Of a DNA stretch of 64,000 nucleotides, positions 23,556 to 35,968 are shown one piece after another (position 1 is the first letter of the stretch; each line of letters opens with the position of its first letter). A program made the translations under genes and the position numbers. The DNA lies in assembly GCA_047495785.1 (NCBI GenBank), contig JBLDXI010000015.1:3720001-3784000 (forward strand), read 5' to 3'. Under the pieces are notes generated by a model. It was not told where the DNA came from and searched no databases. It saw only the letters and a program-made list of their open reading frames with translations. Source of the stretch: Lepidodermella squamata. Taxonomy: Eukaryota > Animalia > Gastrotricha.

Positions 23556-25634
23556 ATGGTGGCCCTTCTTTCGGTTCGCTTCATCACTCGGAGAAAGTTT
23601 CAAGTGTTAGCATTCTGTGGTGGTATCGTACTACTCCTGTTGCTGAGTCACATGAGATTTAGTCTGCCTATTAAAGACATCCAGTCACCCAAGGTCGCGT
23701 CAATCACACTAGAGCCAAGCTGCCGAGACGCAGCATTTACTTTTCCGAAGAATGACAATCAATCGGCTTTTACCTTTGAAATGCATGGCGTCGGAATTTC
23801 CTCAAAAAATGACCCACAAATTTTCGAGCCATTGCGAGTTAAGACAACGATTATTCATCAATTCTCGCCACAAGTTGAAAGCATCGTCAGAGAAATGTTT
23901 CCTAGCCATGTTGTAGAAGACCCGAAGTTTCGAATTCACCCTTTCCAGGTGTCCTGCTATCCCGAGAGCGATAACTACCTCATTTGCGTAATTCGAGTGT
24001 GGCTACGTCTCGACCGGTTCCAACCTGTGTTCTGGCAAAGTCACGATCGTTACCAGGACAATTACTTGATAGCTCTAAAATTCGATAATCTTTTGAATTA
24101 CGTTCCTAAATCGGGCCAATTTATTGGAATGCCTTCGCCTGTTAACGATATGAGTTACTCTGGGCCTGAAGATCCACGAATGATTTGCATTAACGGCTCA
24201 CTTTTCGTCAATTTCGTCGAGGCCCACCGCTACCCTGACCAGCCAACTATGCTACGACGGCAATTTCTGTGGAATTTAGCCTCTCACTCTATGTTCGACA
24301 TTCACGTCGAGGAAAGTAGCGATTTCAAGCTTAAATTTGTCGAAAAAAATTGGTCGCCATGGACAATTAACGGTACCCTAAATTTTGTTCACGATTTCGA
24401 GGCTATGAGGCTCATCTCTTGCGGCACAAATGTCGGGAAAAATAAGCCGATCGAATGCGATATAATGAAAGCTGGTAGAAAATCTGGGGCTGAGATTTTA
24501 TTGAGGGGCGGATCGCCGATAGTTCAGTATTCAGGAGATTATTACCTCGCAGTGACTCATACTTGGCAACGTTCGAAGCACTTCGAAAAGCGCGGTAAGT
24601 TTCATTTTTTTTAATTTTATTGACACTGGAGCCAATTTCAGTCTATGCATCTCAACTCGCCTTGATTCACGAGCCATCGATGAAGCTGGTATTCGTTTCA
24701 TCTCCAATATTCATCGAGCCAAATACTATGAGTGAAACGCCAACGACAGACAGCAACATCCTTTGGCCTTTCATTTATGCGAGAAGCATTTTCGTTGAAA
24801 CGCGGGACAGTCTTGTTCTGGCCGTTGGACTCAACGATTTCTCCTGTTTTCTAGTCCGGTTGACAGGAATTGAGCCTATGCTAGGTAAAATGTTACCGTT
24901 AGCAAAGTGAAAAGTGGAGTTTGGCTAATTTTCTGTATTTTCCATCAAATATGGGAAAAGTGTGGTGACTTGAAGAAGGATGATTTTTTTTATTCCCAAA
25001 TGTTCTTACTCGTTTTTCTTGCGGGTTTTGAATTTTCAAACTTCAGACCTCTAGGAGGCTCCCATCCACCTCAAAAGTCGGGAGACCCCAAAGTGTCGCC
25101 GATAAGGCTCATCGATTTAGGTTGACGTGGAAGCACTAGCTTGATTTCATCAAAATATTTGAAAATCTAGCAAGATTCATTACCTCAGATTACCCAAAAA
25201 AATTTCAAATGCGCACAAGAAAATAATATCAAATTTATTGCGTGACGAATTATTAGTAATTGATGCAATAAAAACTATATTTTTTAAGCACGAATTTTTC
25301 GAAATTAGCATTTTTTACCCGTGAACTTTGAAGCCCATTTTCTCAGCAACCCCGATGACTATCACATATTTTTGATATCGCTCGACTCCTCGTTTATTGA
25401 TCTTGAAATCTCACGATGTAGAAAAATTTCGCCAAACCCCACTTTTCACTTGTTAACGGTCATTTAATTTTGAATTTGTTTCCAATCTGAATTTTTTATT
25501 TAGGTAACGCGATAAGTTCTCACGAATCTAGTTTCAAGGTCGATGACAGCCTTAACCTCAACGAGTGGCTTGAAACCAAAAATTTGGAAATGATTGAAAA
25601 ATTATTCAATAAAAGCCCGCCTGAAGCTGAGTAA
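23556..25634 (+). CDS. GT91/BMT-like propeller protein, divergent paralog 4 (3 exons)
   Basis: TM anchor; SGPEDPRMICINGSLFVNF, VEKNWSPW, LRGGSP. Introns at ~24595-24640 and ~24885-25503. Last exon GNAISS..KSPPEAE*. Confidence 0.72.
24895..25460. mobile_element. MITE family A, copy 1 (in the last intron of paralog 4)
   Basis: TIRs ACCGTTAGCAAAGTGAAAAGTGG / CCACTTTTCACTTGTTAACGGT. An inverted second copy lies at 44510-45079. Confidence 0.8.
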
Positions 25635-25808
25635 GAGTCCAGCTTTATTCTTCTTTGTATCAGAAAATAAATTAAATTGCAATAAATTATTTTTCGCTTA
25701 CATTATATTGCTTTGCATACTATAATATTCATCTGTGAGCATTTTCAATATGAAAATAAAATAACAGGAAAAAAATAATTTAAAATGTAAAAAAAGATAT
25801 AACTGGAA

Positions 25809-28323
25809 TCAAACAGCGTGCTCGGCAACGTCGCCGTTTCGCTGTTGTTGGGTAGCCGTTTGATAAACGTCGCTTGAGTGGTAGTAATTGCTATTGCTCG
25901 GTGTATTAGCTAATGCAGTTGGTGCTGAAATTACGTAATCGCCTTCTTCTTCGTCTTCTTCAGTCGGCGAGTTGAGTTGTTGAGGCTGTGTTGATACTGA
26001 AGGCGAAGGCGGCACGTCCTGCCCAGATATCAGGTAATCGTCATCGCGAGTCAGCGCGATGTAATTTGCCTCGCCCGGTTTAGGTGCCTGCTCTCTGAGG
26101 TGGTGGAGAATTCCGACGAGTTCGCTGAATGAGGCGCGTTCGCCTGGTTCGTAGACCCAACAACGCCTCATGACCCCGTAAAGCGATTCAGGAATTTCGT
26201 TTGTCCGCTCGAGAAAATAGCCTCCAGACACTCGTTTAGCGACATTGTATGACTCCATATCGGAAAACGGGAAGCCGCCTTTGGTACACAGTTCCCAGAG
26301 CAAAATCCCGAAAGACCACTATAATTTCGATATTTTAATTAATTAATTAAAATGATTAATTAATTTGTCAACTTACAACGTCTGACTTGACAGTAAATTT
26401 TCCAGTGCGTAGGCTCTCAGGGGCCATCCACCTGACAGGTAACGGCCGGCTGGCTAGATCGTCGACCTGGTAATAATCGTCAGCGTCCTGCACGATGCGG
26501 CTCATGCCGAAATCTGCGACTTTGACCACGCGATGTGCGTCTAGCCTATATTTTTTATATCGATCAATTTTTGATCATCTCAATTAAAGCGAAATATTTT
26601 ACAGGCAATTTCTAGCGGCAAGATCACGGTGGACAAAGCCAAGGTTCGATAGGTATTGCATGCCCTCGGCCACTTGAAGAGCAAAGTTGATAATATCCAA
26701 TGTTCCAACTTCCTATAAATATTTTAAAAAGTGAATTTATTGAAAAATTTAAAATCTCAAATTTAAAATCTCAAAAATTGCAAATCTCAAATTTAAAATT
26801 TAAAATTCTAATTTTCAAAAATTCAAAATCTCAAATTTAAAATTTGAACAGTTTAAAATTTAAAATTTCGAAATTTCAAAAATTGTAAAATTTGCAAACC
26901 TCTTTGTTGTTCATGACGTAGTGCCGCAGGTCACTCTCTTCCATGAAAGGCACAACGATGGCAACTCGATTATCGACTGAGCTAATAAATATTCCATAGC
27001 ATTCCAACACATTTTTGTGTTTAAAATGGCACATCAACACGGCTTCACGCAAGAAATCACACAAATCGTTCATAGAACCGGTATCTAAAACAGGCGGAAA
27101 TTCATTTGAAAAGTCTCATTCTGGGACTGCTCTTACTTTTGAAAAACTTGACAGCGACTAGAAAACTGCGATCATCCTTCTGTAAGATGGCTCTGCGAAC
27201 TTCGCCCGAAAACCCAGAACCGATAAGACCGCCGAGGGACACGGATGACTCATCGATGCGCAACGGTTCCACCTCGGCGCGCAACTGGTCCGGCAAGTCG
27301 TCGAACCGCACAACAATATGCGGACACGGCACCATGTTAATATCACTTATTGTCGATTTTCGACGGCGCGACCGCCGGCGCTTCACCAGAATGCAGACAA
27401 CAACAGCGACTACGGCGCCCAGAACAACGGCTATAGGTAGGATGATGATAAGCGGCAGCAGCCTCTGAACTTGGGAAATAGCTTCGCTTTTCGGCCGCGT
27501 GGTATTTCGCCAAATCACAGCCTTGTTTAGGGTGACTACAACTTGGTAAGATGAATCACTCGCCAGGTTATTGTCAACGTCGGTGCGGCACTCGAGTAGC
27601 GTGTCATTCGATTTTTCCCAGTCGATTGCGCAGTCATAACCGCCCCAGGTTATGTTGTAGTATTCAACAATCAACTTTGGCGTCGTTGATACAGCTCGAA
27701 TGCACGTATCCTCCAAGTACCAAAGAGCTAGATGAGAGCCGCTGAACATTACAGTTCGCCTAGCGTTGTTCGAAACACTGCTAAATGACGGGCTTTTGTA
27801 GTAGTAGATTTTAGAGCCTTCGTTAGCCTTGATTTCTTTTTCATCAGCAAACAGCCTAATACAGCTGGTTACGTTGGTCACCAAACGAGACGAGGTATCG
27901 ACGACAAAATCACAAGCTGGAACTGGAACGAATTTAGTTTCAGGTGGCATCTCGGGTATAGTTTCCATTTTCGGAGCCTCGCAAAAGAATTCTTGCACGT
28001 CTCGCCTGCATGCCTGAAAAAATCATCAAAATTGAACAAAATATTCTAGCGATCTGCTGATTATAGAAAACTTTTTTCTCTGATTTTCTGAGCTGGGTCT
28101 CGTCCGCGTTTGGAACAAGTTGCTCCAGCTGAAGCCAAACTTTAACACTGTCTGGTAAAGCATCGCCCATGACAACGAAATTGATAATCATGGATCCGTC
28201 AAACGTCGTACGATCGGAACAACCTGATCTCAGTAAGGAATAGCTAACCGGTGCTGATTCTAAGGTGGCTGCTCTGGCGAGTGTTGCAAAGGTAAAGCCG
28301 AAAATGAGCGCAATCGCACTCAT
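25809..28323 (-). CDS. MET/RON-like receptor tyrosine kinase with a short IPT-like ectodomain (multi-exon)
   Basis: Signal peptide [46 protein letters not shown] followed by KRRR. Kinase motifs [73 protein letters not shown]. Confidence 0.9.
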
Positions 28324-29661
28324 TTTTGTTGCTAAAATATGGTATAATTTTTTGCTTCGCTCCGGCTTAACGACCAATCATTTAGCCAATGCTAACATTT
28401 GTTGAGAGCGTCATTTTAGCCGTACCATATTTTGTCTAAAATCGAATGAGATAATATTTCATGATATTATTGTTATTTAGAAACTCAGAGAAGAAAGGAC
28501 GGGGCAAGGATTTATGTTATTTTTCAACTAAATTTCACGAGTAGTTTTTACAGTAATATATTAGCAGGCTGTAGCAGCTAAAAACACGGCCGTGTACACT
28601 GCTGAAACGAGCGTATACGCGTATAACAGCTGCTAAATACCTGTACGCATGTGTACATGTAGAGGTTGTCATTATTTTTTAATAAGTAATGGCTTTGATT
28701 GTTGGTGAAACAATGAAGAACGAAATACATTTTTACTATTATACATGCCAGCATTAGGCTTATAATATTATACCTATGCCACCACCTGTATACGTGTAGG
28801 CTATGATGGACTTGCCGTACTTGCATGCGATTTTTTGCCGTGTATATGCCCCGGTTGACACACAGTTCAGCCCGCGTTTTACCTGAGTCTAAACGTATAT
28901 CATATATATTATATTGTCTTGTAGCGCGTTTTTCTCGGTTTCCTACACGCGGGGTGGAGTAGTAAAAACGTAGGTAGGTATAGTATGTTAACCGGTAAAT
29001 ATATATTGCGAGCGTACAGGACCGAAAATTATTGAGTAAACAGAATTATAAAAATGTTACCGATTTTCTGATGATGAAAACAAACCATGAATAATATACG
29101 CCGAACTTGGGATTAACACCAGCTTAAACTGAACTCGAGAGAAGTCTAACTATCTTGTATCGTATTTCAAATGTCCAAGCTTTTTAGAATTTGTGAAACT
29201 TCCAAATCCCATCCACCTTATTTCGGACTTAATTCGGACTGATACTGGTAGGTTAACAAACTTTTTGACACGTGCTTTGCCTCAAAAGATTCGCCCTGAA
29301 AACTTGCATATCCCAATGTTGATCACGGTAAAAATATACCTTCTCCTGCACAGGGTAACTGACTTGCCTAATTTCGGACACAATTTGGGTCATTTCGCAT
29401 TTCGGACTGCTCAGTGTGAATATACAGATTACTTAGGGTCAAAGTTCACATTAAAGCTAGGTAGAGTTACAATTTGTAAGCAGATTAAAAGGAAAAAATT
29501 GCATGTTGAGGGATGTGAACCCCCGATAGTGAATTGTGCTCCCAACACAGCTCAGTGCTGTTCTCACTGAGCCTTCACTGTTCCTAAATGGTTGGCGCTC
29601 AATGTTTTCCGCTTTTTTCCGGTAAAAATTACGATTTGTTGAAAATTTGGTCATTTTGGAC

Positions 29662-30228
29662 CAGAGATGGACGATGTAAAAACATTGCTGTAAAAACCTC
29701 ATGTAAAAACACGTTAAAACATGTATGTAAAAATCGATCAAAATATGAAATATGTAAAAACCTGTAAAAACCTCTGCCTGTAACAGTGCGTAACAAGCCA
29801 AATCTAAGTGATGTGCCAGATTTAAAAGATAATTTTTCAAATTTTAAGGTAACATGCAACTGTTAAACCAAGGCGATAGGTCACAAAGTTGTTTTTAATC
29901 CCGCGCCTCAGGATTAGGGATTAGGAGTAGGATTAGCGGTATTAGGAGCGGGACTGGCGCTGAGAGGCGGCGGACCTCATGCTGCTAAGAAAATCAGAGG
30001 TTAACAAGGACGAGAAAGAGCTCACTATCTTGTTTAAACTTTATCTACTCAAACTTACCAGGTAATTATGACCTATGATTATCGCGAAAGCCCTATTAGT
30101 TTTTACATATTTTTGATGTTTTTACATGTAAAAATCGACCACCTTTTTACATGTTTTAACGGCTTTTTACATGTTTTTACGTAAAAACATGGGAAAACTG
30201 ATGAACTACATGTAAATATCCATCCCTG
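29662..30228. mobile_element. Non-autonomous hAT element
   Basis: TIRs CAGAGATGGA / TCCATCCCTG; perfect 8-bp TSD TTTTGGAC (29654-29661, 30229-30236); subterminal ATGTAAAAA arrays in inverted orientation at the two ends. Confidence 0.88.
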
Positions 30229-30328
30229 TTTTGGACGGCAAAGGATGGCAAAGAAGATAGACCATTCTTTGTGTAGTTCTCCGTTTTTCTTGCGTTCAGG
30301 TTTCAGGTGCCATCAAACTAGATCAAAT

Positions 30329-31349
30329 CTATAGATCAAATAGATATCAAGATAAATATAGTTGACTAGATTTTTTACAATTTCCAAGAACATCATACAC
30401 CAAGAAGTTCATCATACATTTTTGCCATAAACCTAACCCAGTGGTTCTTAAACTTGTTCGAAGCTGTGCAAGAAAATTGGCACGCCAATGGTCTCGCGTG
30501 CCATTCGAACATCTTTCAGCAAATGCCTTAGAAATTTGAAAAAATTCCTTAGAAATCGCTGTGTTGCAGAATTGAGATTGGGCAGTGTTTTTGTTTAAGA
30601 CGGTTAGTTGTTGAATTGATTTTCTATCGTTTATCAAGACCAAAGACGCGACAAAATCTCATAATGCCAGGGTGCTATTCTGGAGAGGCCAGGGATAAAT
30701 AAACCTGTTTGGTGTATTGCCCAAATGATTAGTGATTTCAAACAAAAACGAGCGAAGGAAAACGAGGAAATTTTGAACAATTTCTACTAAAATACGCTCG
30801 AAAACCTCTGAAAATTGACGAAACAGTGGGCATTTAATTGTCCGGTCTGGCCGAGCTGGAGGGGAGGAATCCCCCTGATTGTCGAACCTTGCATTTTAAA
30901 GTTTTTCATAATGCATTCGTGAACGTAAGGTAAAAGTAATTCGAGCAAATGAAACGAGCGAATCGAGGACATTTTTAGGCATTTTCCACAAAAATACGCC
31001 CAAACACCTCTGAAAATGAGAACAAACAGATAATTCTTAACGCTTAAAGCACACGCAGTCAAAACCCTCTTCCAGAGAACGATATCACTTCGTTCTCTAT
31101 GCCCTCCGCGTGCCAGTGTTGGCACGCATGCCGATCAGTTTTTTTGAAATGCCACGATTGGCACACGTGCCAGGGTTTGAGAACCACTGACCTAACCGAC
31201 TTTTACGTACTGAAAATGTTAGACACAGGCTCTTAACCCTAGCTTGAATTTTGTGTGCAATAATGGCGTCGCTAATCGAAAAAAGGTTCTTGGAAATTGT
31301 AAAAAATCCAGCTAATATATTTATCTTTATATCTATTTGATCTATAGTT
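30329..31349. mobile_element. MITE with ~60-bp TIRs hosting a nested hAT element
   Basis: CTATAGATCAAATAGATATCAAGATAAATATA..TTTTTTACAATTTCCAAGAAC is mirrored by GTTCTTGGAAATTGTAAAAAA..TATATTTATCTTTATATCTATTTGATCTATAG. Confidence 0.7.
30439..31189. mobile_element. Non-autonomous hAT (Charlie-like) element
   Basis: TIRs CAGTGGTTCTTAAAC / GTTTGAGAACCACTG; perfect 8-bp TSD ACCTAACC (30431-30438, 31190-31197). Confidence 0.88.
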
Positions 31350-31577
31350 TTATATCTCAAAAATTTAAAATCTCGAATTTACGCCACTTGATTATTGGTG
31401 ATGATAAATGAGATATTGTTCCTGTCACTTGCCTCGCAAGCAAAAGGTTCATGGTTGTTGATTGTTGTGTTGGCCCTGGCGATGGTTTAAATAAACGGAA
31501 ACTAGTTGGCAGTCGCGCAAGGCGTCCGGTTAATTCGATCAGAAAAAAATAATGTACAAGCGCAAAAAAGTTGCAAT

Positions 31578-31651
31578 TGCCCCCTGTGAGGATCGAACTC
31601 ACGACCTCCAGATTATGAGACTGGCGCTCTAGCCAACTGAGCCAAGGAGGC
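31578..31651 (-). tRNA. tRNA-Met(CAT), elongator
   Basis: GCCTCCTTGGCTCAGTTGGCTAGAGCGCCAGTCTCATAATCTGGAGGTCGTGAGTTCGATCCTCACAGGGGGCA folds as a cloverleaf and is followed by an oligo-T terminator. Confidence 0.95.
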
Positions 31652-31721
31652 AGTTGTAATTGTTAATGAAACCATTTGTTACGGAATCGATTCATTTTAA
31701 TTTGAAAATTTTGAAAAATTC

Positions 31722-31795
31722 AGGTTCCGGCGGGGTTCGAACCCGCGACCTTCTGCGTGTAAAGCAGACGTGATGAACCACTACACAACGGAACC
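31722..31795 (-). tRNA. tRNA-Val(TAC)
   Basis: GGTTCCGTTGTGTAGTGGTTCATCACGTCTGCTTTACACGCAGAAGGTCGCGGGTTCGAACCCCGCCGGAACCT. Confidence 0.95.
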
Positions 31796-31974
31796 TGCCT
31801 GAATCCTCTAAACTTCCTGGAGCTTTGAACCAATTTCCAGTTTAAATATCTAAAAAGGTGCAATCTTCCAGCATATTTATTTTTTATAAAATTCGAGCTG
31901 GAATCACAAAGGGAATTATGCTAACACGAAGCAAAAACAGGCCCTAACATCGTACTTGGTAAAACCCAGAAACT

Positions 31975-32052
31975 CGACCTAACCCTAACCTGGATAACCC
32001 GGGCCCTAACCAAACCCTAACCCTAACCCGAACCCTGACACCTAACCCTAAC
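31975..32052. repeat. Degenerate (CCCTAA)n interstitial telomeric-type repeat
   Basis: Several CCTAAC/CCCTAA units; homologous to 42886-42990. Confidence 0.6.
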
Positions 32053-33334
32053 ATTTAAACCCAATTCCAAATCATCGTTTGAAAAACAATTTTATAAAAA
32101 ATAATATGAGCCATCACAATTGAAAGCCGTGGGTTAGGACATTTTTTTCGACTTTGAGTTGGCATCGGCTTCTTGCTCAGTTTTTCTTGCTCAGTTCTGC
32201 CTCAGTTTTCCACCCCTATTAAAAATTTTCGTAATTTCTGCTGCGGCGCGTAACATAGCAGCGTGGGTCCGAGTCAAAATGCGCAATATTGTTGTTCCTA
32301 CACCTACCAGAGCCTCGATCATGGGAAATTCTTTTCAAAATGAAACTTCCTTGAAAAGTTTTTGACGCGAGACTCCCTTATCTTGGGATCCTCAGATGTG
32401 AAGTCGTCATATCGAGGATGTTGGGTACGTATTTAAGGAGCTCATCAAAAACGTACTCGAGAAATTCACCGAATATCTACCAGTCAGCAACAAGCCCAGC
32501 CTCTAATTTCTCCTCCAGTTGGAATTTTCGCATGCATTGTAGCTTTGAAATGACTGAATTCCAGATTTCATCGAAGCCAGCATATCATTGAAAGTTTCAA
32601 AATCGGAGTGCTGAAACATGTTCTTCTTCTTTATCAAGAGTTCGATATTAAACGAGAAGTACAGTGCTGTATTACTCGCGTTACTGGTACGCTGGCGGCG
32701 ATGGCTGTGAATTGGAACGAGTAGGAGGAGTTTGGAGGATCGAGGTGACATCTGATCCACCGACAACAGCCGCAAATTAAAATGCAAATTAAATTAAATA
32801 AACACTTACCGTCATTTGGGGCCAAATCAACCTTTGGGGCTAATCGGCCAAAAATTGAGGTTTCCACATTTTTATCGGTGGCTCAAAAACTACAAGGTCA
32901 AACTTTACAAAATTTCACGGGGACAATTATCATCAAGCCTTCTACGCGCATGTAAATTTTTAGACATTTATGCCCCAAAATGAAGTCACAGCATGTTGTT
33001 GCGCAGAGGTGAGTTTAGGGAGGTAAAAATGACTCCTTTATAAATTGAATAACCTAGAGCCAATCACGAGGTTTGATTTTCAGATTAAATTTTCCCCTTC
33101 GACCATTTTCGTCGTAGATTACAGCAAAGAAAACGAGACCCTATGCGATGCACAGGTATGGCCAGGTAATCGAGGCCAAATAACCCCATGGAAAACTCAA
33201 TTACGGGGGCAAATTGGCCCACCTTACTCTTATGTAATGGGCTTTTAATATTAAGCGATTGTGAGGGTTGAATAGTCGAGTGGTTGTAATGCGCCATGAG
33301 AACATTTGTGATCTGATGAGCGATGGTTCGACTC

Positions 33335-34816
33335 TTCAGAAAGCAGCAGCATTTTCGGCGCCGATAACAAAGGCGATAGGTAGGTTGATGATAAGCGGCA
33401 GCAGCCTCTGAACCTCCGAGATGGCCTCTGTGGTGGGGCGGTGATCAATAAAACCCTGATTTTCGTAGCTCGATTTTTATTAATCTACTATTTAGGCCCT
33501 GAAAATATTATTACAGTAAGAATCACATCACAGATATTGCAATATTGCAAGCCAGACATCCTCTTACTACGGCCAGCAATAGCTTTAGATGACACTTGAA
33601 TGCTTGCGCTAAATATGCCTACTATATGCTATAATCATGAATATGATGCTTGCAAAGTTTTTTTTCAAGTTACCGTGTTCGTACCAACATGCGCAGCTAG
33701 ATAATATGCAGATTACAAATACAAGATGACGTACACAAGTAGGCTCTATTAAATTTCGGCTTAAATCAGAGGTCAAGTTAATTATATTATAACATACAGG
33801 CTGATATAGGCAAGGGCCTACTGATCAGCAGAGCAGCTTTGTCGTAATGTGATTGTAATATTGAGGTGGCTAATATTGAACGTTGAAGGTTTTATATTGA
33901 GAGGGCGCGGGTGGAAATAAATATATGAATGAACGTAGTAAGATAAACAATGACCAGCGGAGTAACCGCTACACCCTCGCTTTTCGGCCGCGTGGTATTT
34001 CGCCAAATCACAGCCTGGTTTAGGGTGACTACAACTTGGTAAGATGAATCACTACCCACTTCGTTGTTAACAGCTGTGCGGCACTGGAGTAGCGTGTCAT
34101 TCGATTTTTCCCAGTCGATTGCGCAGTCATAACCGCCCCAGGTTATGTTGTAGTATTCAACAATCAACTTTGGCGTCGTTGATACAGCTCGAATGCACGT
34201 ATCCTCCAAGTACCAAAGAGCTAGATGAGAGCCGCTGAACATTACAGTTCGCCTAGCGTTGTTCGAAACACTGCTAAATGACGGGCTTTTGTAGTAGTAG
34301 AATTTAGAGCCTGGGTAAGCCTTGATTTCTATTTCATCGGCAAACAGCCTAATACAGCTGGTTACGTTGGTCACCAAACGGGACGAGGTGCCGTTGACAT
34401 ATTCACAAGCTGGAACCGGAACGAAATTGGTTTCAGGTGACATCTCGGGTATAGTTTCCATTTTCGGAGCCTCACAAAAGAATTCTTGCCATTCTCGCCT
34501 GCATGCCTGTAAAAATCATGAACATTGAACAAAATGTTCCAGCAATCTGCTGATTATAGAAAACCTTTTTCTCAGATTTTCTGAGCTGGGCCTTGTCCGC
34601 GTTTGGAACAAGTTGCTCCAGTTGAAGCCAAAGTTTAACACTGTCTGGTAATTCATCGCCCATGACAATGAAACCAATTTCCATTGCTCCAGCAAAAGTG
34701 GAGCGATCGGAACAATCAGCTGTCCGTAAGGAATAGCTAACCAATGCTGGGTCTAAGGTGGCTGCTCTGGCGAGTGTTGCAAAGGTAAAGCCGAAAATTA
34801 GCGCAATCGCACTCAT
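33335..34816 (-). pseudogene. Partial duplicate of the MET-like RTK (ectodomain plus degenerate TM, no kinase), interrupted by a solo LTR
   Basis: 34816-33974 is highly similar to 28323-27485. After the insertion the frame resumes [29 protein letters not shown] (stop ~33335). No kinase exons are recognisable downstream. Confidence 0.7.
33429..33973. mobile_element. Solo LTR (545 bp)
   Basis: TG...CA termini with a short inverted repeat (TGTGGTGG / CCGCTACA); flanks GCCTC / CCCTC (TSD, 4 of 5 match). The empty site is present in the intact RTK (AGC GAA GCT ATT). Confidence 0.72.
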
Positions 34817-35968
34817 TTTTTTTGCTTAAATATGGTTATTATTGCTTTGCTCCGGCTTAAAATGACCAATCATTCAGCCATTGCTAACATTTGTTGAGGA
34901 GCTCATTCTAGCCGGGCCATATTTTGTCTAAAATCGAATGAGATAATATTTCATGATATTATTATTTAGAAACAAAGTGGAAAAAGAACGAGGCAAGGAT
35001 TCATTTTAATTTTGAACTAAATTTCACGAATAGTTTTTACAGTAATTCATTAGCAGGCTGTAGCAGCTAAAAACAACAGCCGTGTACACTGCTGAAAAGA
35101 GCGTATGCGCGTATAATAGTATATATTGGATTTTTTTGCCGATTTGCCGATATTTGCCGAGAGGCGTCCGGCTCGCTTAAGCGAGCCAGCCTCGAGTCCA
35201 ATATCGGTGTACTATAACGCTTTATGTTCAAGGCAAAAACACCCATTTTTGAACCCCCAAAAAAGTGACCTTCGGAGAAATCGCTATATGGCGTAAAAAC
35301 CGTCTATTTCCGTACGAAATCCTTTGAACTGGTTATAGTGAAAACCAATACCCATCGATTAGAATAAAAAAATCGGACTTCCATGATGAGCTATTTTGGG
35401 TATAGTGCGCGGAAAAACACTCTTGTTTTACATTTAAACATGTATGCGTGAGTTTCAAAAAGATCCGCCATAATGAAAATTTACGAAAATCGGCAAAAGA
35501 ATTAAAACTTCAAGTTTCCAATGTAGTAGGAGGCAATAAAATTGTTATTGTATCGATAATTTTTGTACCACCGGAAGATAACAGCTGCTAAATACCTGAC
35601 CGCTTGTGTACATGTAGAGGTTGTCATTATTTTTAATATAAGTATTGGCTTTGATTGTTGGTGAAATAATGAAGAACGAAATACATTTTTACTATTATAC
35701 CTGCCAGCATTAGGCTTATAATATTATACCTATGCCACCACCTGTATACGTGTAGGCTATGATGGACTTGCCGTACTTGCATGCGATTTTTTGCCGTGTA
35801 TGCCCCGGTTGACACACAGTTCAGCCCGCGTTTTACCTGAGTCTAAACGTATATCATATATGTTATATTGTCTTGTAGCTTGTAGCGCGTTTTTCTCGGT
35901 TTCCTACGCAGGGTGGAGTAGTAAAAACGTAGGTAGGTATAGTATGTTATTTCATTTCATTTCATTTA

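Noticed and set aside
29685-29770. Short spaced repeats (ATGTAAAAA) that could mimic a CRISPR array
   Set aside because: Eukaryotic context, irregular spacing and very short units. They are hAT subterminal repeats.
33310-33345. CTGATGAG...GAAA resembling a hammerhead ribozyme core
   Set aside because: No convincing stem II or stems I/III. It overlaps the degenerate RTK duplicate.
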